A stretch of 62,941 nucleotides of DNA from contig NW_003314315.1 in NCBI RefSeq assembly GCF_000143415.4, positions 755,974-818,914 on the forward strand, in the 5' to 3' direction. The translations under genes were made by a program, and so were the position numbers. The notes beneath the pieces were generated by a model. The model was not told where the DNA came from. It was given only the letters and a program-made list of their open reading frames with translations, and did not search any database. Positions 34,574-45,499 of this stretch are shown here, piece after piece; position 1 is the stretch's first letter, and every line of letters starts with the position of its first letter. The DNA comes from Selaginella moellendorffii (lineage: Eukaryota > Plantae > Lycopodiophyta).

Positions 34574-37500
34574 TATAAAGAACCAACTCCCAAAGGTGTT
34601 GTAGGCTAAAGGATCCCTAAAAACACAGCTGAAGGGATGGGATTGAGTCTGAGATCAAATGCAAGTCCGACTCTAGGACCGAGTTCAAGATAGAGTCCGA
34701 GATCGAGTCTGAGGCAGACTCCGAGACTGTGTTCGAGACAGAGTTTGAGATCCAAAATCGGGTCTGAGACCGAGTCTAAGGTTGAGTCTGAGATTGGGTC
34801 CGAGGTCGAGTTTGAGACCAAGTTCGAAGTCAGGTCTCCAAGATCAAGTCCGAGATTGAGTCTGAGTACTAATACAGGTCGAGGGGTGAAAGCCCAAAGC
34901 ATGTGTCTCCTAGGGGGGGGGGGGGGGGGGGGGTTCCAAAAGTATAGTAGGGATAGGGAGGTCTAGGAATCAGTTTTGAAGGAACTCTCTAGTGGTGCTT
35001 CCAAACTGATTTGAGGTTAAGACTGGGGCCAAAGGGCCTTGGGTGGGAGTGAGCATGGACTCGGGTGGTGTCGAAGGGGCCACCCAAGGAAGTGCTCAAG
35101 AGCAACTTCCACTTTCGGAAGGGAAATCGACTGTAGTGCTCCTGACTACCCCACTTGAGTACCTTGCGGCTCATTAGTCCTTGCCCTTCCTAAAGGCTTG
35201 GGCCTTCCCTTTGGGATGGAAGTGGGGGGGGGTAGAGGTACCCATATCGGGCCGTTAAGCCACAATGTTTCACCCCGGTGTCCCGAAGCAAGTGTTGCAC
35301 CCAAGGCTTGGGATTTAGAGGGTCCCATGATTAAGTCTTGTTGTACCAAGGGATGTTAAGAACCTAGAGGCTTGGTGTGCTTGGCTGCTTGTGCCTACAG
35401 AGAGTGTAGTTGAACCTTAAGTCTAGTCTAACTCGGGAAGGGGATTGGGAGAGATTTGGGAATCCATGGATGGGTGGTTAATGCTCTGTTGCTCGTGTAG
35501 TGAGTAGCTGAAACCAAGTAGGACCAAGTAGGAGCTGGTACAATAGGCGGGAACCTTGGTGAGGGAATTTAGCTAAAGCGAAGATAGTGTTGGTCGGATA
35601 GACGAGGTAAGCTGACAAATTGGAAAGGAAAAATTTGTCGCTTACAATTTGGTATCGGAGCGGTCTTAAGTCTGACTCTGTTGGTTGGCTAGGGGAATCA
35701 CACCACCTGTTGATTGACATCTCGCTAGTCTAATTTGCTCCTGCTAGGCTCGACCCGAGGGGTAGGGTGTCAAGAGAGCGAGGCTCGAGAGAGAGATGCG
35801 GCTCTCAGCTTCCATTCACAAGGGCGTGAACTTGTAGGGAAGCGTGGTGGATTATAAACAACCAAAAAGAACGACTTGAGAGATGATCCATGGGGTTCAA
35901 ATATAAAGGGAAAAAGCCCATGAACAAGAGTGCACCCCTTTTTCCAATCGGTTAAGGGTCTTGAGATATTTGGGGTTAAGCGTCTTTAGGTTTGAATAAT
36001 ACTAGATTGGGAAGTCCAAATTCAGGAGCTTACATTTGGTATTAGAGCCTTTTTCTCAGTTCTAATAAAGGACAGAGGTAAATTGCTGGGAGATGGCAAA
36101 GGCAGGGCAAAAACGAACCAAGGCGGAGACAACACCTCCTCTAGAGCTAGAGCCTCCGGTCGAACAAGAGGCTATGGATGAGGAATCCTTGCATGAGGAG
36201 GACTCTAGTGAGGAAACTTCCAAATAGGAGTTCGGTGGTGAGGTTCAGTCGTATAAGGCCCGATTGGACATTCTAGAAGGACAATTGGCACAGACCAATG
36301 CTCTGCTGGAGACTCTCATACACAAGCTAAAGCGCGACGAGAAACAAAAGAAAAGGCAAAAGACTGTGGATGTTGGCAGTGCAGAAGGTGCGGACCTTTC
36401 GGCAGGGACTGAGGCAGAACCAAACAAGGTCGAATAGACCAAAGTGGAATCAGTCCCTCAGGTAGTTCCCAAGTACAAACCAAAGCCCCACCGGTCTTCA
36501 AGGGGGTGAATGACTATAAGGTGGTGGAGGATTGGTTTTACAATATGGATGACTACTTCTAAGCGTTGCAGTTACTAAGCTCAGAGAAGGTCCCATAGAC
36601 AAAACCATACTTGGCAGATAATGCCAGATCTTAGTGGAGAACGACTGAGGCTAACAAAGGACTGGTGGCCACTTGGGAAATGATGAAGGTGAGAATCCGT
36701 GTGATTTATATTCCTTCGAATGTTACTCTACACCTAAGAAATGAGCTGAGTAAGCTGAAGCAAACTGGAACCATTCAAGAGTATGTGAATGGATTTATGG
36801 CAAAGAGGATACTTGTCATGGATATGAGTGATATGGATGCGTTCCATGCCTTTATATCAGGCTTGCAGACCTGGGCTCGCGTCAAGGTGATGCATTGGAA
36901 CCCGACTAACTATAAAGAGGTGTTGGATGCGGCCATCAAGGTGCATTTTAATGATAACCTACGAAAGGGGAACACAACGGGGTTAGGGTTCATGTTTAGC
37001 AAAAGGGCCAAACCAAGGGGAACATATAGCAAAGGGAAATCCAAGAAGGGTTTCTCTAAGAATGAGTCCTCGGGGTTCTGGAAAGGCAAATCTGGTGGCT
37101 AGCAAGCAAGTACATAGGGGAGTCAAGCAAAAAGAGACAAACCCATGGATAAGAAGGTTAAGTTTGCTAGTAGTGTGGGAAACAACATATACTACAACTG
37201 TGGTGAAGTGGGACACTTTTCGAGGGAATGTCCTTAACCCGAAGAAGGCCAGAGCCAATATGGCCATTAAGTCGTGTGAAATCCAAACTAAGGTATGTGA
37301 TCCAATCTCTAGCTCAAAGTTACTCATTACAGGAGCAACTTTGGTAGAGAGTCATTCTCAACATTTACTAGCCCTCTGAGGGAAGCTCGGAGGTAGTTTT
37401 GTTAAGATTTTTATTGACATGGGTGTTTTAGATAATTTTGTGGCTGCAGATATAGTCTGGCAAGTCGGACTAACGGTGCAATGGCTAGGTGAACTAAGGA

Positions 37501-40500
37501 CGATAGAGTTTGTTCAAGGTAGCCAAAGCATCAATGAGATACTTCGACAAGTGAAAGTTGAAGTAGGGACATGAAAAGTAGACATGGATTTCACCGTGTT
37601 GAACATGGTAAGATTTGACGTAATCTTCGGGATGGATTGGTTCAATCAATTCGTAGTAGCCCTGCATGGACAAGGGAGGAACCTTGTGGTACTGGTGAAT
37701 GCCTGGAGAGAACGATTCAGGGTGGAGGCCTAGGATTTAAAGGTAGGGCAATGTAAGGCCAAAGACTTCTATTTAAACCTAGTGTTCACGAGAGGACAAC
37801 TCACTAAAGGAACCAAGGCAGCATTTTTATGCTTACTCTTGGTGAAAAGTGACAAAAAGAGGGGAACGGAAGAAGTACCTTTAGTAATTCAGCGGGTGTT
37901 GGACCAATTCCAAGATACCATGCTAAAGGAGCTATCAGCGGGATTGCCCCCCACACGACCGATAGAACATAAGTTTGAGCTGGTCGAGGGTGTTAAGGCA
38001 GTGGTTCGTCCCCCCTATCGTTTGAACGAAAGAGAACTCGAAGAGCTCAAGCACCAACTAGAAGAGTTGGTGGACAAAGGGTATGTTAGGTTGAGCAAGT
38101 CACCGTATGGGGCACTAGTGTTATTTGTGAAAAAGAAAGATGGATTTATGTGCATGTGCATAGACTACTGGTTGCTCAACAAGTATACAAAGAAAAATAA
38201 GTACCTTTTGCCAAGGATTGAGAACCTGTTCGATAGGTTGGGAAATGCAAAATACTTCTCGAGGATTGACCTAAGGTCAGGATACTACTAAATCAGGGTA
38301 GTAGAGGAAAATGTTGAGAAGACAACTTGTTGAACAAGGTATGGGAGCTTTGAGTTTCTGGTAATGCCCTTTGGGCTATGCAATGCGCTGGCAATACTTT
38401 CGGCGCTGATGAACCACATCTTTGTACCCTATCTGGATCACTTTGTGGTCGTCTATATTGATGACATCCTGATCTATAGTGAGACACTAGAGGAGCATGC
38501 CGAACACTTGACGAAGGTGTTTGAGAATCTAAGGGAACATAAGCTGTATGCTAAAGAGAGCAAATGTGACTTTGCTCAACAAGAGATAAAGTTTCTAGAG
38601 CATGTGGTGGGCAAGGACAGGCTCAAAGTGGACCCTGAGAAGGTCCAAGCGACAGATAAACAGAAAGGGTGAATAGGTAGCTGGAGGATTATTTGCGATG
38701 CTATATCTCAGGAGACCAGACTGATTGGGTAAGTCATTTGGGACTTGCAGAAATGTGTTATAACAACTCACCACACTCAAGTATCAGGGTGAGTTCATGG
38801 GAAGTTATCAATGGGCGAGCTATTGAAGGTTCTGTGGAACTCGGCGTGGTCGAGTATCATGAAGAGTTACCCGCAGTGGAGGCACGGCGAAAAGACTCAA
38901 CATTTGGAATCTAGTAAGGGATTCCTTGGAATGGGCTCAACAAAAGCAAACCAAGTACACGAACCAGAAGTGCCGGGATGTAAAATTCTAAGCTGGGGAG
39001 AAGGTGTGGCTGAACACCAAGAACCTTAGGCTACCAAGTGGGATCAGCCGGAAGTTGACCCAAAGGTAAAAATGCATATATTCCTGGAGATTAATTGATC
39101 TTGTGTTCCTTAAGCAAGTTTGCAGGGCCTTACGAGATTGAGGCACGAATTGGTAAAGTGGCTTACCGTCTTCAACTTCCTCGAGAGATGGGGAAGATGC
39201 ACCCAATGTTCTATGTGAACTTATTCAAGTTGTACTTTGAGGATCCGCTTTGCAAGGACCAAGTAAGTCCTTTACCTGAGGTTATCCAAGGGGAAGAGGA
39301 ATACGAAGTCGAGGCCATTCTCAATGCGTGCAAGAGCAAGCGACAAAGACGCAAGATGAGGGAGTTTCATGTGAAGTGGAAAGGATTTCCACACTATGAA
39401 GCAACATGGGAACTAAAGGAGAACCTAGTGAACGCGTGAGATCTAGTGGAGGAATTTTTGCAAGGTAAAACTTTATGTACTTATGCAAAGTTCAATTAAA
39501 GTATCAATTTGTGAAGTTGAGCAATGGCATATGTTGGGTCCCAAAGGCACATCGAAGGTAAGCTAATTAGCATGGGTTAGCTAGGTCGACTAGGTGTAGG
39601 AAACTACGCCCAATTCTCTGCAGAGATATTGAATCCGTAGACGTATTCTACGGAGGTTGGGTTCGAGTCCTAAGCCCCTAATAAAGCAAGGCTGGGATCA
39701 AGTCCTAACCCCATACTAGGGCATGGAGAGGTGAGGGGTATAGGGACACCTGTATTCTGTAGTCATGGGCTCTTGGCCGGGGAGGCTAACTTAGGCACAC
39801 TACTAAGTGGAGGGATGCCCCCGGAGACATGGTCAACAAGTTGTAGGCTTAAAAAGAGATGTTCAATATGGGCATCGAACTTCTTCTATGGGTGGTGGAG
39901 TTGTAAGGAACCAATTCCCTAAGGTGTCGTAGGCCAAAAGATCCCCAAAAGCACGACTGAAATGATAAAGAGTTCATCGGATGGGACCGAGTCTGAGATC
40001 GAGTCCAAAACCGACTTTGGGACCGAGTTCGAGATAGAGTCCAGGATCGAGTCTGAGTCTGACTCCAAGACCGAGTTCAAGACCGAGTTTGAGACCGAGT
40101 TCAATACAGAGTCCGAGATCCAAAATTAGGTCTGAGACCGAGTTCGAGGTCAAGTCCGAGGTCTAATCCAAGATCAGGTCCAAGGTCGAGTCCGAGATTG
40201 AGTCCAAGACTGAGTTCGAAGTCGAGTCCAAGATTGAGTCCGAGATCGATTCCGATACCGAGTCCAAGTACTAATATAGGTCGAGGGGTGAAATCCCAAA
40301 GCATGTGTCTCCCAGGGGGGGGGGGGGGGTGGTGTTGCAGGGGGTTCCAAAAGTATAGTAAGGATAGAGAGGTCTAGGAACCAATCTTGAAGGAACTCTC
40401 CAATGGTGCTTCCAAATTTACTTGGGGCCGAAGGGCCTTGGGTGGGAGTGAGCATGGACTCGGGTGGTGCCAGAGGGGCCACCCAAGGAAGTGCTCAAGA

Positions 40501-41066
40501 GCAATTTCCATTCCCGAAAGGGAAACCAACTGTAGTGCTCTTGACTCATGTGGAGTGGTGCCCCACTTGAGTACCTTGTGGCTCATTGGTCCTCGCCCTT
40601 CCTAGGGGCTTGGGCCTTCACTTTAGGATGGAAGTGGGGGGTTAGAGGTGCCCATACTGGGCCATTAGGCCACGGTGTTTCGCCCCAGCGTCCCGAAGCA
40701 AGTGTTGGACCCAAGGATTGGGATTTAGAGGGTCCCATGATCAAGTCTTGTTGTACCAAGGGATGTTAAGAACCTAGAGGCTTGGTGTGCTTGGCTGCTT
40801 ATGCCTGCGGGGAGTGTAGCAGAACCTTAAGTCCAATTTAACTCGAGAAGGGGATTGGGAGAGATTTGGGAATCCGTGGATGGGTGGTTAATGCTCCGTT
40901 GCTCGTGTAGTGAGTAGCTAAAACCAAGTAGGACCAAGTAGGACCAAGTAGGAGCTAGTACAATAGGTAGGAACCTTGGCGAGGGAACTTAGCTAAAGCC
41001 AAGGTAGTGTTAGTCGGATAGACGAGGTAAATTTGCAAATTGGAAAGGAAAAATTTGTGGCTTACA
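34574..41066 (+). mobile_element. Ty3/Gypsy chromovirus-type LTR retrotransposon, degenerate and internally deleted
   Basis: 5' LTR 34574-35646 and 3' LTR 39902-41066, TSD GGGGA, PBS TGGTATCGGAGC at 35650, PPT before 39902. Gag with CCHC knuckle (YNCGEVGHFSRECP ~37190), protease remnant (~37400), RT (PYR...LPRI...DLRSGY...MPFGLCNA...[10 protein letters not shown]), GPY motif and chromodomain EYEVEAIL...VKWKGFP..EATWE (39290-39440). RNase H and most of the integrase core are missing at ~38665. Confidence 0.95.
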
Positions 41067-41995
41067 GGGGACTATAAAAGGGATATTAGGGAAGGTTGTT
41101 CCCCATGTTTGCGAGCATCTTAAGGGTGTTAAGGAGTGGATCTAGGATGATCACTCATGGATGGATGGCCCAGTCTTTGAGAGATAGGACTGGGATGTAG
41201 GTGGTGTTGGATGACCAGTATGGCAAAGGTGAATGGGCATAGCCTTAGCATAATAGACTGATATATCAGTGGTACTTTTGGGTGTTGGTCATGGGATTAA
41301 ATATGTGGAGCACTTGGACCAAGTGCAAAAGTTGAATGGTATGGATGCCATTCTCAGGGCTAGCAAGCCTGAAGTCTAGAATAAGACTTATGGAGGCTGT
41401 GAGTGAGATTCCTCCAAGTGGTTAGATGTGTGGTTAAGTGACTAAAGTAAAATGGAAAATTTAGTTGCTTACACAAGCTTGATTATTATGGAGACAATTT
41501 TAAAGACAATGTGAAGATTTTGTAAAGTAAATGTCAACCTTTCAATTTATCATTTGATCTTTTTCCTTTACCTTCTACTCTTTTTGAACTTTTTTTTATT
41601 TTTCGGCCTAAACCACCTTCTCATATTCTTAGTATTCCTTGCTTGTTAGTAACATTTCCTTCTCCTGACACATTAATCATTTATGACTCTTATGATTCTT
41701 ATTCTTGGTTTAGTGTTAAATTGAGTGTTTTTTGTCCTTCTTATACTAATTTAGATATTAAATATATGTATAAAGTTGAGAATCTTATTTTTGTTTTATT
41801 AGCAAAGTCTTTGATCAGTTTTGGTGTTGAATATTCCTCTGTTCTAAAGGTTAAGTTGTTTTGGTTAGAATTTTAGGTTAAGTGCGTATCCCCATTTATG
41901 AATGCTATAGAGAGTCTTTACTTTATTATTGTTACTAAGGAATTTGAGTCTGAGTTAATATGGGGGGAAGATGAGGAGGTAAGTTCTACTTATGG

Positions 41996-42759
41996 TGTAG
42001 CGCATGTGATCATGAGATGAGATTTGGATATATTGTCACCGTAGATTCTTGGAACCTTAAGGGATAAATGGGGATAAAATAGCCACTAAGGGCTCTCTTA
42101 TCAAGCAATTGCCCCTTTTCCAGTTGGCTTGACAGGAGAGAGATAAAGTGCGTTACATATGGTATTGAAGCAAATGGCACAGGTTCGATTCCCATTGATT
42201 AGTGGCTACTTAAAAATATAATATACCCTTGAGCAAGGTATATTCTTACCCCTAAATTTGAAATCATATGTATTGGGCATCCATGCATACGTCCTTCCTC
42301 TTGTGTGGAGTATCCACAAACGAAAGTATTCACCGTGGGTGGATGATTAGTTGCCTCACATATGGAATAGTTAGTTTACACAATGGAAGAATTGGTAGAT
42401 TCAGTATGGAAATGGAAGTGCTGGTTCCCCTTGGCTCAGTAGGGGTTGTTAGTCAATAGTCAATGAGGACATTGACATCTCTCAAGGGGGGGTGAGTGTA
42501 GTGCATGTGATCATCCCATTGGTAGATTCAGTGTGGAAATGAAGGTGTTGGTTCCCCTTGGCTTAGTAGGGGTTGTTAGTCAATAGTAGGGGGTGAGTGT
42601 AGCGTATGTGATCATGGGATGAGATTTAGATATACTGTCACTGTGAATCCTTGGAACCTTGGGGGATAAATGGGGATAAAATAGCCACTAAGGGCTTTCT
42701 CATAAAAAAATTGCCCCTTTTCCAGTTGGCTTAAGGGGAGAGAGATAATATGCACTATA
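41996..42759 (+). mobile_element. TRIM, second copy of the 1974-2837 family
   Basis: 162-bp repeats at 41996-42157 and 42598-42759, TSD TATGG, degenerate PBS TGGTATTGAAGC, PPT, and an extra partial LTR start plus duplication at ~42497-42597. Confidence 0.9.
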
Positions 42760-43424
42760 TATGGTCATGAGTTTGAGTTAACAATGGTTTTGAAAGATTA
42801 TTAGTGGGCAAACTTAAGTGAAATGCTGGATTACAATGGTTTTTGAAATCCTTTATTTTAGTTCAAAGTTATAGCTTTAAAGTTGGTTTAAGCATTTAGT
42901 AGCTGTATATGAAGTTATAACTAGTTTATTGAGATTCTATAGTTGTTGGATGATGTTTATACTATGGCCTTGGGTTTTGTTTCAGTTATAGTTATTAGCA
43001 ACTAGATTACTAGTTCTGTGGGAGCTTCAAGTTTTTATAGCAATTTATAATCACTTAACATAAATTCTAAATGTTCCATCTAATTTATTGTCATCACTTT
43101 TTCATCTTCTAGAGGGGAGGTGTAAGGTCTATAAATACATACCCTATTTAGGTAATACACTTATTATAGTACTATAGTATATACATCGTCCATTCAAGAC
43201 TTAATATCATCCATCCATTTTTGTATATAAAGAGGGGTCTAAACCCCAATTAATATACCTAAACACTCACATTTATATATTCTAGGTATATCCTTTAAAG
43301 CAAACCAAAAACAAATTGGGCTTACGTAGTTGTTTTAATCATGATTGTTCCTTTTCTTGCTTGAACCTTTGATCTATTTCATGATGGCTTGCTCACTTTG
43401 AATTTTAAAATGAAAAATATTTAG

Positions 43425-43749
43425 TCATTCATAAGCAAGATATAAAGGTCCAATTGTTTTAGGGAGTTGTCTGCAGATTTTTGGGCATTTATAAATTCCC
43501 ATCAAGTTGCATCCATTGTGTGCCTGTATATATGAACTGATAATAAGCTCATTTTATATTTTTTAAATATATATATAAAATATATATATATATTTTATAT
43601 CTATATAAAACCATTTTCCATACCTGTAGCATCTACCCATCAAAATGAACTTTAGCTCCATTGGTGTTAGTGTTTGTTTTCGCATTAACAGTGCCAATAA
43701 CCATGACCAAAAGCATCAGCATTATTAGTGTTGTAACCTTCTTCACCAT
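43425..43749 (-). pseudogene. Probable decayed small secreted peptide gene, paralog of 44807-45001
   Basis: Signal peptide MVKKVTTLIMLMLLVMVIGTVNA and KVH motif. TAG just before a CAG|GTATGG donor. Putative exon 2 AHNGCNLMGIYKCPKICRQ. Confidence 0.5.
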
Positions 43750-44806
43750 CTCTTCAACTCTTTTATAACTCTTAGATTCAAAGAGTTCTAGCAAAGTGAT
43801 TACATTGCTGCTAGTCAAGAATATATTAAGCCAATTAAGAATGAGTGTAATGAATATTCCTAGAACATCCCTAGAATATTTTTGATTTGTTTAATAATTG
43901 AGTGGAGCCTCACTCTAACTTGCTTAATGGCCCATTTATGTCTGGATCATTCTTGAAAGCAGTGGCTTAAAACAAATTAACTCCTTTGATCCATCCTCTT
44001 TTAAAATCCACTGTGTGTTTTCCTGACTCATATAAGGGATTGGAGCATTAGAACTTTATATGATGATAAAAAGAAACTCCACATATATATTAAAAATATT
44101 TGAAATTTTAAACTGTGAACTCTAAATATTTTTAGCTTAACTCACTTGTCAATTATTATTCTATTATAGGTTATTTCTAAATGTAGTCAATAAGTAGAGA
44201 TTTTGAGCTTGTAAATGCTGGGATTTTAATAAGTAGAGATTTTGAGTTTGTAAATGTTAGGATCTAAATATTTATCAAGGGCAGTGATCAAAATTGGCTA
44301 CTACAAAACACTGCTCTACCACAAAAATACATAAGTTAAGGGGTATGTGTAATTTAAGTATTTTAGTGAAGATAAAACACTTAAAATTTTATATATAAAA
44401 TTATGTTAAGTATGTAAATATAAATTTTAAGTGTTCATATAAAATAAAATTTTGTACTAAAATTTAAGTTAAGGCCTTAATATAGAATATAAATAACCAG
44501 CTTTAAGTATTAAAAAACCATAAAATCCTAATCAATACAAACCAGATATAGAAAATCGAGCTTAAAGAAAAAACATAAAGCAAACCAAGCTTGCTCCATA
44601 GCACAGCTGGAATTTGCTTTGCTGGATTATTTTTCCAAACAGTAGTTACCACGGGTTTTGAAATTAAAAATATTGAGAAAAAGTGCAATTTGCAATTTAT
44701 TGCAAAATTCCCACTTTATCAAGAACTGCTCGCTCAAGAAAGTCCTGGCATCTGTAAAATTATCATATCATATTGGATTATTAGTATGTCTCCCACACAT
44801 TTTTAT

Positions 44807-45001
44807 CTAGCAGCAGTACTGTCTCCGACGGTAGTAGCATTTCTTGGGGCACTCTGGTGCATTAGGATGAACTCTGGCCGTTCCCTTCGTCATAGTTGTC
44901 ACGGTGGGGAGGTCCACTCTTGCAGTGGCAGGGCCAAAGGCAGCGAAGGCCAACACCAGCAGCAGCATCAACTTCATCATCAGGGCAACCTTCTTTGCCA
45001 T
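44807..45001 (-). CDS. Small secreted cysteine-rich peptide precursor, 64 aa
   Basis: Signal-like MAKKVALMMKLMLLLVLAFAAFGPATA, a Thr-rich spacer and C-terminal ECPKKCYYRRRQYCC*. TATATAAA box ~65 bp upstream (~45067-45074). Confidence 0.75.
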   Translation of the reverse strand: MAKKVALMMKLMLLLVLAFAAFGPATARVDLPTVTTMTKGTARVHPNAPECPKKCYYRRRQYCC

Positions 45002-45499
45002 CTCTCCAAGCAACTCCTTCCTGTGTTAAGATCAACTCTTGAAAGAGCACTGCTTTCCTGGCTGCGTTTATATACCTTGTCAAGTTAGTGGGCTTGGAAT
45101 ATTGTTGACAAAATACGCCGCAGACTAGTCATAATATTCCAAACCCACTAAGGTGACGAGGTGTCGTTTAAGAGACGTGCACGATTCTGAACACAGGATT
45201 CAAAATCTTGTTTTCTTTCCAAAATGTGAGCGTTCGATTCAGCAATGAAGTCGAAAGATTTTAGAAGAATGTACAATAATCCAGCATCTGGGAATGCTGA
45301 GGTAAGATTTGAGAAGAATGTACAATAATTCAACATCAAACTGTCTGGGAATGCTGCGGCATTGTTGTAAAACATGATCAAGGAAATCACACCTTTCTGC
45401 GCGCGCGAAATATTTAAAAAAAATTAAAATTCCATTAATACATTTAACGGTTAAGTCCCTCCTTAAACCCTAAACTCTGAAACCTTAGAACAGTTAAGG

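Larger units (their letters stand above)
33161..41473 (+). mobile_element. Solo LTR (33161-34573 plus 41067-41473) split by a nested Gypsy insertion
   Basis: TGTAAG... at 33161 and ...CTTACA at 41473. TSD CAAGC at 33156-33160 and 41474-41478. Confidence 0.85.

Noticed and set aside
33405-40270. Short periodic repeats resembling a CRISPR array or coding repeats
   Set aside because: No unique spacers and no cas genes. They are LTR minisatellites.
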